Made by a program: the position numbers and the translations under genes. Source: an uncultured delta proteobacterium (GTDB taxonomy: Bacteria > Myxococcota > Kuafuiibacteriia > Kuafuiibacteriales > Kuafuiibacteriaceae). From it: a stretch of 64,000 bases of DNA. Below, piece after piece: positions 29,116 through 39,300 of this stretch; the stretch's first letter is position 1, and each line of letters opens with the position of its first letter. The notes below the pieces were generated by a model. The model was given only the letters and a program-made list of their open reading frames with translations, did no database searches and had not been told where the DNA came from. The DNA is taken from positions 224,001 to 288,000 of the forward strand of contig CAWDML010000014.1 of the NCBI GenBank assembly GCA_963803435.1. The letters run 5' to 3'.

Positions 29116-31629
29116 ATGATCGACGACAGACTCAACGTTTCGGGCGCCGGAGTGCCCTACGTCCACGAGGCCCCGGCCTCGACCCCCGTCCGCAAGGCCA
29201 AGGGCCACCGCGCCCTTCCCGGTCGCCAGGAGCAGAATACCGCCCGCGACCGCATCGGAGGCGAGACCCCGCACCTGCCGGCGGTCCACAGCCTGCCCGT
29301 CGTCGCGAAGCGCCCCGAGCTCGGCATCGGGTACCAGCACCCGATCGAGGGACCGTTCGCGCCCGTCGAGCGCACGCGCTGGTCGATCGACACCTACCCG
29401 CCCGGCGCGCACTACGACGGAAAGAACGCCACCTTCGGGGTCCCCGCACCCAACGCTCAGGCCGCCATCCTCGAGATCTACGATCAGCCCCTCGGGGGCG
29501 AGGCGAAGCTGAGCTACCTGATGGAGAAGAAGGACGGCCAATGGCAGGCGAAGCTTGGCGACCTGCCCGAGCCTGTCTACTACGGCTATCGCTTCTTCGG
29601 ACCGAACTTCCGCTACACGCGCGGGTGGACGCCGGGGAGCGGCGAAGGCTTCCGCGAGCACGTCGACGAGTTCGGCAACCGCTTCAACCCTAACAAGCTG
29701 GTCACGGACCCATACGCGCGCGAGCTCTCGCACGACAAGGAGCCGCCCGAGATGCGGGAAGCAGGCGAGCACGCGGGCATGTACAGCTCCGGCGATGCCG
29801 ACTACCAGGGCCGGCCGAGCTACCTCGTCGACACCGCGAAGTGGGCGCCGAAGTCGATCCTGTTCCGCGATGACACCGACTTCGGGATGAAGCCGCGGAT
29901 CCCGGAGGGGGACGCCATCATCTACGAGGCCCACACGCGCGGCCTCACCCAGCACCCGTCATCGATGCGCCTCGAGGATCTGCTGGCCGGCACCACCGGG
30001 TTCGAGGACGTCGCCAACATCCCGAACGAGCTGCGCGGCACGTACCAGGGCGCCGGTATGATGGCGAAGTACCTCAAGGCGCTCGGCTTCAACACGATCG
30101 AGCTCCTCCCAGTCCAGCAGTTCAGCGACGCCAACAACTTCTGGGGCTACATGACCGACGGCTTCTTCGCGCCGCACCGGCGTTACGCCTCCGACCAATC
30201 TCCCGGCGGACCCACACGCGAGTTCAAGGAGATGGTGAAGGCGTTCCACGACGAAGGGATCGAGGTCTGGCTCGACGTCGTCTACAACCACACCGGCGAC
30301 GGCGGGCAGGACGGTCACCCCGACCGCGTGCAGCTGAACGCGCTGCGAGGCGTGGACAACCGGGCGTACTTCGCGCTCTCGCACGACCGGCGTAACGACT
30401 GGGTCTCCAGCGGCTGCGGCAACAACCTGGACGGCTCGAAGCCGGCGACGAAGCGCATGATCCTCGACTCGCTCGAGTACTGGTGCGACGAGATGGGCGT
30501 CGACGGGTTCCGCTTCGATCTCGCCAGCGTGCTGGGACGCGAGAAGGCGAGGGGCTACGAGTTCAACCCCCAGGCACAGCTCCTGGTGGCCATCCGGGAC
30601 TTCGCGCGCTCGCGGAACATCAAGGTCGTCGCAGAGGCCTGGGACTGCGAGGCGAGCGGATATCAGGTCGGTAACTTCCCCGAGGGCTGGGGCGAGTGGA
30701 ACGGCAAGTATCGGGATTGGGTGCGGGACTTCGTGAAGTCCGAGGGCAACGCGGGTGAGTTCAAGGAGGCGTTCGCCGGGACGCCCAGCCTGTATCGCCG
30801 CCACGGAGGTCCAGCGAAGTCGGTCAACCTTCTCACGGCCCACGACGGCTTCACCCGGGCCGACCTGGTCAGCTACACGCACAAGCAGAACGAGAACCTC
30901 AGCGCGCCCTTCGGTCCGGTCGATGGCGGCGATAATAACAACCGCTCCTGGGACTGCTGGGTCGGCGATCCCCAGTCGACCAAAAGGTTGCGCCGTCGCC
31001 AGCTCAAGAACTTGTGGACGCTCCACATGTTCGCGCGCGGCGTGCCCATGATCGTCTACGGCGACGAGCTCGGACGCACGCAGAACGGTAACAACAACCC
31101 GTACAAGCTCGACTCGATCGCCACCCAGAACAACTACGCGATGGTAGCGACGGCAGCGCCGCAGCGCGTCCCGACCGAGGGCGGCGGCCACTATCACGAC
31201 AACCTCGGCGAGGAGGAGAACGAGGACGGCAAGAACGGCCTCTTCCTCTTCAGTAGATTCGTGACGCACCTGCGCAAAGATCACCCCTGCCTTCGCCAGG
31301 AGTCCTACGATCAGGTCCCGATCGAGTTCCTGAGCCCGGGCGGCGGTCCGCACCGGGACACCGAGATCCACTCGGTGGCGATCAAGATCGACGGGTCTCC
31401 CGTCGGCGACAGTCGGTTCCTCTTGCTGGTGAACACGTATCAGGGCGGGTTCGACTTCCAGGTGCCGAAGGCGGCGCCGGGGAAGAAGTGGGTCCGGATC
31501 GTCGACACGGCGAACCGCTTCGAGAATCACCATAACTTCTGGACGCCCGAGGAGGCCGCCCCGGTGTCGAAGGGGGGATACCCCGTCGAGGACCACGCGA
31601 TCGTGGTTCTGCAGGAGATTGACGCGTGA
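29116..31629 (+). CDS. Isoamylase / glycogen debranching enzyme (GH13_11) with N-terminal extension
   Basis: NRFNPNKLVTDPYAREL, IYEAHTRG, FWGYMT, DVVYNHT, GFRFDLA, AEAWD, LTAHDGFT. Confidence 0.92.
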   Translation: MIDDRLNVSGAGVPYVHEAPASTPVRKAKGHRALPGRQEQNTARDRIGGETPHLPAVHSLPVVAKRPELGIGYQHPIEGPFAPVERTRWSIDTYPPGAHYDGKNATFGVPAPNAQAAILEIYDQPLGGEAKLSYLMEKKDGQWQAKLGDLPEPVYYGYRFFGPNFRYTRGWTPGSGEGFREHVDEFGNRFNPNKLVTDPYARELSHDKEPPEMREAGEHAGMYSSGDADYQGRPSYLVDTAKWAPKSILFRDDTDFGMKPRIPEGDAIIYEAHTRGLTQHPSSMRLEDLLAGTTGFEDVANIPNELRGTYQGAGMMAKYLKALGFNTIELLPVQQFSDANNFWGYMTDGFFAPHRRYASDQSPGGPTREFKEMVKAFHDEGIEVWLDVVYNHTGDGGQDGHPDRVQLNALRGVDNRAYFALSHDRRNDWVSSGCGNNLDGSKPATKRMILDSLEYWCDEMGVDGFRFDLASVLGREKARGYEFNPQAQLLVAIRDFARSRNIKVVAEAWDCEASGYQVGNFPEGWGEWNGKYRDWVRDFVKSEGNAGEFKEAFAGTPSLYRRHGGPAKSVNLLTAHDGFTRADLVSYTHKQNENLSAPFGPVDGGDNNNRSWDCWVGDPQSTKRLRRRQLKNLWTLHMFARGVPMIVYGDELGRTQNGNNNPYKLDSIATQNNYAMVATAAPQRVPTEGGGHYHDNLGEEENEDGKNGLFLFSRFVTHLRKDHPCLRQESYDQVPIEFLSPGGGPHRDTEIHSVAIKIDGSPVGDSRFLLLVNTYQGGFDFQVPKAAPGKKWVRIVDTANRFENHHNFWTPEEAAPVSKGGYPVEDHAIVVLQEIDA

Positions 31630-31656
31630 GCAACCATTCGGGCGTGAACCCGATAA
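31630..31656 (+). promoter_or_regulatory. Putative alternative-sigma promoter GCAAC-N14-CCCGATAA
   Basis: Same 8-mer as 28743-28750, located in the short spacer before malQ. Confidence 0.35.
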
Positions 31657-31698
31657 TCGTGAGAACTTCGTTTCTTTCCAGGATGATAGGAACAGCCC

Positions 31699-34029
31699 AT
31701 GCATCTCCGCGATCTCGACTCGACCCCGCCGGCAACCGCCCCCGACCGCACGCGCATCGAGACGACCCAGACCCGGGCTCCGAAGGCGATCGTAGGCGAC
31801 GAACCGAGCGGTGACGCCCGCAGGGCCCAGGCGAAGGCCCTCGGCGGCGGCCCGGCCGTCGAGCCCGAGGCGCCGCTCGATCAGCTGGCGCGGAGCTTCG
31901 GGATCCAGCCCAGCTACGTCGACTGGGAGGGCAACCCGCACAAGGTCTCGGACGAGATCCTGACCAAGCTGCTCGCCATCATGGGCGTCCACGCCGGATC
32001 GGACGCCGAGGTGAAGTCGCTGCTGGCCGCGCGCGAGGTCGAGTCCTGGAAGCAGATCGCGGCGCCGGTCCAGGTCTCGCGGGCCAACAAACCGCTCGCG
32101 GTGAGCCTCAACTTTCCTGCGCGCGACGCGCGACGCCCGCTCGTGTGGAAGGTGATCGACGAGTCGGGCCGCGAGAAGGCGAGCGGTCGCTTCTCACCGT
32201 CGAAGCTCCCGGTCACGGAGCACAAGGAGATCGACGGCGACCGGTTCGACCGCCACGAGCTGAAGCTTCCGGTGCGCCTCGGTGCCGGCTATCACCGGCT
32301 GGTGCTCGAGACGCCGGACGGCGCCGAGGTCGGAACCACCCGGCTGATCGTCGCGCCCAAGAGCTGCTACCTGCCGCAGCAGCTCAAGGGCGACCGCAAG
32401 CTCTGGGGCTTGGCCGTGCAGCTCTACTCGCTGCGCTCCGAGCGCAATTGGGGCATCGGCGACTTCGGGGACCTGAAGAACATGGGACCGATCTGCGCGA
32501 AGGCCGGCGTGAACATGATCGGCCTGAATCCTCTCCACGCGCTGTTCGGCTACGAGCCCGATCGCTGCAGTCCGTACAGCCCCTCGACGCGCCTGTTCGT
32601 CAACCCGATCTACCTCGACGTCGAAGCGGTCGCGGGGTTCGCGAGCTCGAAGGCCGCGAAGGCCAAGGTGGCCTCGCCGGAGTTCCAGGCTCGGTTGAAG
32701 GACCTCAGGGACAGCGAGCTCGTCGACTACGGCAAGGTCCACGCCGCCAAGATGGAGGTCCTCGAGCTGGTCCATCAGTCGTTCGAGGATAGGGACGGCG
32801 CGTTCGCCAAGTGGGTGAAGGCGAAGGGAGAGCCCCTCGAGCGCTACGCCACCTTCGAGGCGCTGCAGGAGCACTTCGCGCGCACGCAGCCGATGGCGCC
32901 CCACTGGGGCGGCTGGCCCAAGGAGTACCAAGATCCGACGTCGCCCGCGGTGAAAGCGTTCGCGAAGGCGCACTCCGATCGCGTCCGCTTCCATCAGTTC
33001 CTCCAATGGCAGGCCGACGTGCAGCTGGCCGCGGCGCAGGGTGAGGCCAAGTCGGACGGGCTGGCGGTGGGCCTCTATCGTGATCTGGCCGTCGGCACCG
33101 ATCGCTACGGTGCGGACACGTGGACCGCCAAGGACATCCACTCGCTGGAGGCCAGCGTCGGTGCGCCGCGCGACGGCGCCAACCCGCAGCCTCAGAACTG
33201 GGGCCTGCCGCCGGCGATCCCGGAGCAGATGAAGGCGTCGGGCTATCAGACGTTCATCGACCAGCTCCGCGCCAACATGCAGCACGCGGGGGCGCTCCGG
33301 CTCGACCACGTCATGCAGCTGGCGCGGCTGTTCTGGCTCCCGCCCGACGCCGGCGACGGCGCGTACGTCCACTATCCGCTCGACGATCTGCTCGCGATCG
33401 TCGCGCTGGAGAGCCAGCGCCACAAGTGTCTGGTCATCGGTGAGGATCTGGGGACGGTGCCGGAAGGCTTCTCGGAGAAGCTCCAGGCGGCCGGGATCTT
33501 CTCGTACAAGATCCTGTCGTTCGAGCGGGAGGCCGACGGCCTGCTGAAGCCGCCGTCGGAGTATCCGCGGAACGCCGCGGTGGGCGTCGCCACGCACGAC
33601 CTGCCCACGCTCGCCGGGTACTGGCAGGGCTGGGACCTGGCCTGGCGCTTGAGCCTGCAGCAGTTCGGCATGCCGGACTACCGCCACGCGCTCGACGAGC
33701 GCCGGCACGATCGCGAGAACTTCGTCCGCTCGATGGAGCGCGAGGGCCTGCTGCCCCGCGGGTCGAAGCGGCTGACGAGAGACGAGGTGCTTCCGACCCA
33801 GGTGAGCGGGGCAGTGCACGACTACCTCGATCGGACGCCCTCGCGAATGATGATGGCGCAGCTCGAGGAGGTGTTCGGCTCGATCGAGCAGCCGAACCTC
33901 CCCGGCACCATCAACGAGCACCCCAACTGGCGGCGCAAGATGCCCGAGGGGATCGAGGGGCTTTCGGCGGATCCGCGCTTCGCGAAGTTCGCGGAGCGGT
34001 TGAGCGACCGCAACCCGAAGGCGCGCTGA
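31699..34029 (+). CDS. malQ: 4-alpha-glucanotransferase (amylomaltase, GH77)
   Basis: WGLAVQLYSLRSERNWGIGDFGDL, SPYSPS, LYRDLAVG, LRLDHVM, IGEDLG, THDLPT, PNLPGT. Confidence 0.95.
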   Translation: MHLRDLDSTPPATAPDRTRIETTQTRAPKAIVGDEPSGDARRAQAKALGGGPAVEPEAPLDQLARSFGIQPSYVDWEGNPHKVSDEILTKLLAIMGVHAGSDAEVKSLLAAREVESWKQIAAPVQVSRANKPLAVSLNFPARDARRPLVWKVIDESGREKASGRFSPSKLPVTEHKEIDGDRFDRHELKLPVRLGAGYHRLVLETPDGAEVGTTRLIVAPKSCYLPQQLKGDRKLWGLAVQLYSLRSERNWGIGDFGDLKNMGPICAKAGVNMIGLNPLHALFGYEPDRCSPYSPSTRLFVNPIYLDVEAVAGFASSKAAKAKVASPEFQARLKDLRDSELVDYGKVHAAKMEVLELVHQSFEDRDGAFAKWVKAKGEPLERYATFEALQEHFARTQPMAPHWGGWPKEYQDPTSPAVKAFAKAHSDRVRFHQFLQWQADVQLAAAQGEAKSDGLAVGLYRDLAVGTDRYGADTWTAKDIHSLEASVGAPRDGANPQPQNWGLPPAIPEQMKASGYQTFIDQLRANMQHAGALRLDHVMQLARLFWLPPDAGDGAYVHYPLDDLLAIVALESQRHKCLVIGEDLGTVPEGFSEKLQAAGIFSYKILSFEREADGLLKPPSEYPRNAAVGVATHDLPTLAGYWQGWDLAWRLSLQQFGMPDYRHALDERRHDRENFVRSMEREGLLPRGSKRLTRDEVLPTQVSGAVHDYLDRTPSRMMMAQLEEVFGSIEQPNLPGTINEHPNWRRKMPEGIEGLSADPRFAKFAERLSDRNPKAR

Positions 34030-34072
34030 TCCGACATCGAGCCTATGGGAGGCGCCCACTCGGTGCGCCATC

Positions 34073-36304
34073 GTGACCCGGTGCGGCGGATTCTGGCTGC
34101 TCGCCTTCGTCGCCTGTGCGCCCGAGCCGGCGCACCCGGATCCTTCTCTCCCGGCGAGGCTGGCCGGGTCGCGTCCGGTCCCGCCGGAGCAGTACGACTG
34201 CGTGACGCGCGAGCGCCCCGCCGAGTGGGGCGCGGCCATCGAGGGCGATCGTCTGACGGTGCGCGTCCGCTCCCGCGCGGCAACCCGGATCGAGGTGGAG
34301 CTCTACGACGCCCCGCGCTTCGCGCCGCCGCGGATGACGCGCGTGCTGGAGCAGGACGGCGATCGGTTCTCCGTCTCGCTCGCGCTCGACGAGGTCCCGA
34401 TCGACGCCACGATCTACTACGGTCTCCGCGCCTGGGGTCCGAACTGGCCCCACGTGGAGGGCTTCGAGCCCGGCACGACGGCCGGGTTCCGGTCGCACGT
34501 CGACGCCCTGGGCAACCGCTTCAACCCGAACAAGCTCCTGATCGATCCGTACGCGCGCGAGCTGAGCCAGGATCCGCTCGACGCCGAATGGGACGACCCC
34601 TCCGCGTATCTCTCGGGAGACGAGGACCTCGCGATCGACTCTGGGCCGATCGCACCCAAGGGAATCGTGCTCCCTGAGCGGCCGATCCCCTGCTGGAACC
34701 GGCCCCAGGGTTCGTTCTCCGACATGATCGTCTACGAGGTCCATCTCCGGGGGCTCACCATGAACGATCCGACCGTGCCGGAGGCGTACCGCGGTACCTA
34801 TCGGGGCGCGGCCGAAAAGGCCGAGTACCTGGCGGGGCTCGGCGTCACGGCCATCGAGCTCCTGCCCCTCTTCGAGACGCAGAACGACCACAACGATCTC
34901 GACGCGAGCGCTCGGGGCGACAACTACTGGGGGTACTCGAGCCTCAGCTTCTTCGCGCCGGATCGGCGCTACGCGTTCGATCGCTCGCCCGGCGGTCCGA
35001 CGCGCGAGCTCCAGGCGATGGTGCGCGCGTTCCACCGCGCCGGGATCGAGGTCTGGGTCGACGTCGTCTACAACCACACCGCCGAGGGCGAGATCTCGGC
35101 GGACGGGACCACCGGACCGGTCCTCTCCTGGCGCGGCCTCGACAACGCCGCCTACTACGAGCTCGGTGCGAACGCGCGCGTCTACGCCGACCACAACGGG
35201 GTCAGCGCCAACATCAACGCGACCGATCCGCTCGTCCGCGACCTCGTCATCGACTCGCTGACCTACCAGCACCGGGTGCTCGGGATCGACGGCTTCCGCT
35301 TCGACCTGGCCCCGCTGCTCGGCAACGGCTGCAAGACGGCCTGCTTCCGCTTCGAGCCCGACGATCCGGACGGCATCCTGATGCGGGCGACGGGGCTGGG
35401 CGTGCGGCTGGTGGCGGAGCCCTGGGGGATCGGCGAGGGCACCTACCAGCTCGGCCGCTTTCCTGCCGGCTGGGCCGAGTGGAACGGCGTCACCAAGGAC
35501 GTCATCCGCAAGGATCAGAACGTCGACACCGAGCGGATCGCGCCGGCTGAGCTGGTGCGCCGGCTCTCGGGCTCACCCGATCTCTTCGGCGCCGGGCGTG
35601 GCGCGAGCGCGTCGATCAACTACGTCGCCTGCCACGACGGGTTCACGCTGCGGGACGTCTACGCCTACGACTCGAAGGCGAACCAGCAGCCGTGGCCGTA
35701 CGGTCCATCGCCTGGCGGTGACGACGAGAACTGGTCGTGGGATCACGACGGCGACGCCGCGGCGCAACGACAGGCCGCCCGCACTGGCCTGGCCCTGGTG
35801 ATGCTGGCCGCCGGGATCCCGATGATCACCGGCGGCGACGAGATGTACCGGACCCAGTACGGCAACAACAACCCGTTCAACCTCGACACCGACGCCAACT
35901 GGCTCGACTGGAGCGAGGCCGAGCGTCACCCCGAGCACCTCGAGTTCACGCGCGCGCTGATCGGCCTACGCCGCGCACAGCCCGACCTCAGCTCGAGCGC
36001 TCCGCTCGTCTATACCCCCGAGGGCGTCCTCGCCGACACGGAGTACCTCTCGAACACCACCCGTCACTATTTGGGGCTGCGCCGCGGCCCGACCTTCGTG
36101 GCCTACAACGGCGCCGCAACACCCGAGCCCGCCCTCCTCCCCGATCCCGGGAGCGGCCGCGTGTGGAGGATGGTCGTCGACACCTCCGCCGCGTTCGAGC
36201 CGATCGCGAATCACCGGGCGATGGCGGAGGCCGAGCCGCTCATCGATCGGCGCTACTCGATGGCGTCGCGGAGCCTGTCGCTGTTCATCGCCGGCGATCC
36301 GTGA
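34073..36304 (+). CDS. Isoamylase (GH13_11), probable lipoprotein
   Basis: FWLLAFVAC lipobox-like; NRFNPNKLLIDPYAREL, NYWGY, DVVYNHT, GFRFDLA, VACHDGFT. Confidence 0.9.
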   Translation: MTRCGGFWLLAFVACAPEPAHPDPSLPARLAGSRPVPPEQYDCVTRERPAEWGAAIEGDRLTVRVRSRAATRIEVELYDAPRFAPPRMTRVLEQDGDRFSVSLALDEVPIDATIYYGLRAWGPNWPHVEGFEPGTTAGFRSHVDALGNRFNPNKLLIDPYARELSQDPLDAEWDDPSAYLSGDEDLAIDSGPIAPKGIVLPERPIPCWNRPQGSFSDMIVYEVHLRGLTMNDPTVPEAYRGTYRGAAEKAEYLAGLGVTAIELLPLFETQNDHNDLDASARGDNYWGYSSLSFFAPDRRYAFDRSPGGPTRELQAMVRAFHRAGIEVWVDVVYNHTAEGEISADGTTGPVLSWRGLDNAAYYELGANARVYADHNGVSANINATDPLVRDLVIDSLTYQHRVLGIDGFRFDLAPLLGNGCKTACFRFEPDDPDGILMRATGLGVRLVAEPWGIGEGTYQLGRFPAGWAEWNGVTKDVIRKDQNVDTERIAPAELVRRLSGSPDLFGAGRGASASINYVACHDGFTLRDVYAYDSKANQQPWPYGPSPGGDDENWSWDHDGDAAAQRQAARTGLALVMLAAGIPMITGGDEMYRTQYGNNNPFNLDTDANWLDWSEAERHPEHLEFTRALIGLRRAQPDLSSSAPLVYTPEGVLADTEYLSNTTRHYLGLRRGPTFVAYNGAATPEPALLPDPGSGRVWRMVVDTSAAFEPIANHRAMAEAEPLIDRRYSMASRSLSLFIAGDP

Positions 36305-36305
36305 G

Positions 36306-39300
36306 CTATTCATCCGAGCGCTCGGTCGGCGCTCCGTTTCGCTTCGCTTCCCCGCGCCCTCGCTGGAATTCGAAACGCTCCGGCCCCACCTCGGTCATCG
36401 ATCCGTGCTCGAAGCGCTGCGTCCGCCTGCCGTCGACGAGGACCTCGTCAGCGACGGGAAAGCCGAGGGCGCGCCCGGCACAGCGCCCGTCCTCGGAGCG
36501 ATCGCTGTAGGCGCGCCAGAAGTCACCACGGATCACGAAGGCGGCGTCGCTCCCGTCCCGGTGCACCACGACGCACGCTCCGCCGTAGGACGGGTCGCCG
36601 CCCCAGTCGAAGTTCTGGAGCGTGACACCGAGATCGCGGCCATCCTCGAACCAGCGATGTGCGAGGCGCGCCTCGATCTCCCCCTGGTCCGGATAGTAGC
36701 TCGCAGGATAGCCGATGCCCTTCGGCCCGCCGTGGCGTCCGACCGCGGTACGGATCGCTTGATCGACCCAGACGTGGTGGCCGTCGCTGGCCAGGCCGAT
36801 GCGGTCGGTCTCGTCGACGCGGACGCCGTTGACCCGGACCTCCGGCGTGACGTCCCGCGGGTGGGGCTGCGACGGGTGGTGCGGGTCCGGGTTGGTGGGT
36901 GCGAACGCGCGCCGCATCGAGGTCGCTCCGATCCGGCGCGTGAGGCTGAGCGGGCGCCCTTCGACCGTGCACTCCATGGTCGCGAAGCGCTCGACGAGCG
37001 CGCCGTTCGACTCGAGCGCCGGCAGCGGAATGTTCTCGCGCCCCGAGCGATCGGGCGAGAGATCGAGAGAGAGGACGGTCTTCGACGCGCCCTCCGCGCG
37101 ATCCTCCACGCTGACGCGGACGTTCTTCACGTCGACCGCGCCGTCGCCGTAGAACGGCTGGAGCAGCCGCGTCGCGTACGGAGACCAGCCGTACGGCCCT
37201 TGCTCGGGGGTCTCGAAGCCGATGCCGGCCAGCTCGAGCAGCCCGGCCAGCCGATCGTCCTGCTCCGCCTTGGCGGGATCGCCGAGCGCCGCCGCACGCT
37301 CCCGGATCTGCTGTCCGAGCGGAAGGCCCAGGTCCACCTCTTCGAAGCGGCCGGCCAGACGGCGCGCCAGCGCCTGTGCCTTTGCCTGCTTCGGGTCGGC
37401 GTCCCGCGCCTCGAGTCGAAGCTCGAGGCCCTCGCGGATGGAGGTTCGCGGGAGTGTAACCAGGTTCGTGCGCGTCTCGTGGTCGTACCGGATCGAGGCG
37501 CCGTCCAGCGCCTCGAGGCGCCGTCCGTTCACCTCGACCCCGGTCGCCGGCTCGGTCTCGGGGAGCTCGAAGCGAAACTCGCGCGTCTCCGGCTGTCCCT
37601 CGAAGCTGCCCACGGCCGGCGCGACCTCGAGCGTGATCGTATCGCCGTCGCGGCGGTAGCTCATCTTCGTGCTGGCGAATCCGCCCTCGCGATAGGCCTG
37701 GGTGAGGCGGTCGTCCTCGTGAAGGACGGACTCGCCCCGGGCGCCGTCCTTGCCCGGGTAGGCGCGGACGACCAGCGTGTGGACTTGCTCCGAGCCCATG
37801 TGCATCGACACGGGCTGCGTCGCGATCGGAACGCCGCCCTTCGCGAAGGCCGGCACCTCGTTCAGGTCGCCCGAGACCAGCGACCGGCTGTCCCCGTCAA
37901 ACCGCTCGCCGGTGAGCAGGTGGTACCAACGTCCCTCTGGGAACCAGACCGGAGCGGACGCGACCTTGTTCGGCCCGCGGCCGTCGCGGACGATCGGCGA
38001 CACCACCACGCTGTCGCCCAGCATGTACTGCTGCGCGTTCGCGTGGGCCTGCCGCTGGTTGGGATACCTGAGGTACATCGGCTGGATCGGGGGCATCGCG
38101 TCGCGGTGGCAGGTCCAGACCTGCGAATAGATGTACGGGAAGAGTTGCGACCGCAGGTGATAGGCGCGGCGGGTCGCCTCGGTGCACTGGTCGCCGTAGA
38201 GCCACGGCCGCGGATCGCCGTCCGAGTGCGGAACCGGATCGTGTCCAGCGAGCGCGTCGTTGTTGAATCCGTGGATCCGGAGACAGGTCGAGAGCGCGCC
38301 GAACCAGGTCCAGCGCGCGAACAGCTGCGGCTCCTTCTCGTGCAGGAGCCCGCCGATGTCGTGCGACCAGAACGCCGCCAGCACGTTTGCGGACGCGATC
38401 GTCATCCGGACCTGCGCCGCCAGGATCGGGAACTGGACGAAGGTGTCGCCCGAGAACTGCATCGGGTAGCGGTGTGAGCCGAGCAGGCCGTGCGGATCAC
38501 CGGGCCCGGCGCCGGGCTGGGGTCCCTCGAAGCGCGCCAGCAGCGCGCCGCGCGGCCGCTCGTTTGCCGGACGCGGATCGTTCGAGGCGGCGGCCACGTT
38601 GAGCCCGGTCGACTGGTGATAGAGCAGGTGGGCGAGCAGAGCGCCGGTGGGCAGCCCCTCGATGGCGGTGTGCTCGGGCGGGCCGCGGATCTCTTTGCCC
38701 TGGGTGGGCTGGTAGTCGAGCCACCAGGTGTCGACGCCGTCCTCTCGGAGGGGCGTGAGCACGTGCTCGATCCAGGGTCCGACGTAGCGCGGATCCGTGA
38801 GGTCGGCCGTGACCGTGTCGCCAGGGTGATCGTCGAGATAGCCGTTGTCGCGGAGCGCCTGCATGAGCGGCTCGTAGCCACGCTCGCCGCGGGCCACGCC
38901 CGGGTAGGGGTGCAGGTTCAGGGCGGTGACCAGGCTCCGGTCGTGAAGGAAGTCGGTCAGGCCCTTCGGATCCGGAATCAGCGACTCGTTCCAGCTCCAG
39001 CGCGACCACGGGTACGCCGGGTTGATCGGGGCCAGCGCGTCCATGTCGAAGACGAGGGCGTCGAGCGGATATCCGTGCGCGAGGTAGGACTCCGCGCGCT
39101 CGCGATACTGCGCGTCGGTGAGCGGCTGCCACCACGAGTCGATCGCGCCGAGCATCGGTCCCCTCGGCATCGGCGTCGGACATCCGATCTGCGCCAGGCC
39201 GCGCAGCGCGGCCGGATAGTCCCGTCCGTACCCGAACAGGTAGAGATCGGTGCCCTGCTCGTCCGCAGTGCGCCGCCTGGGGAAGCCGTCCCGGAAGATC

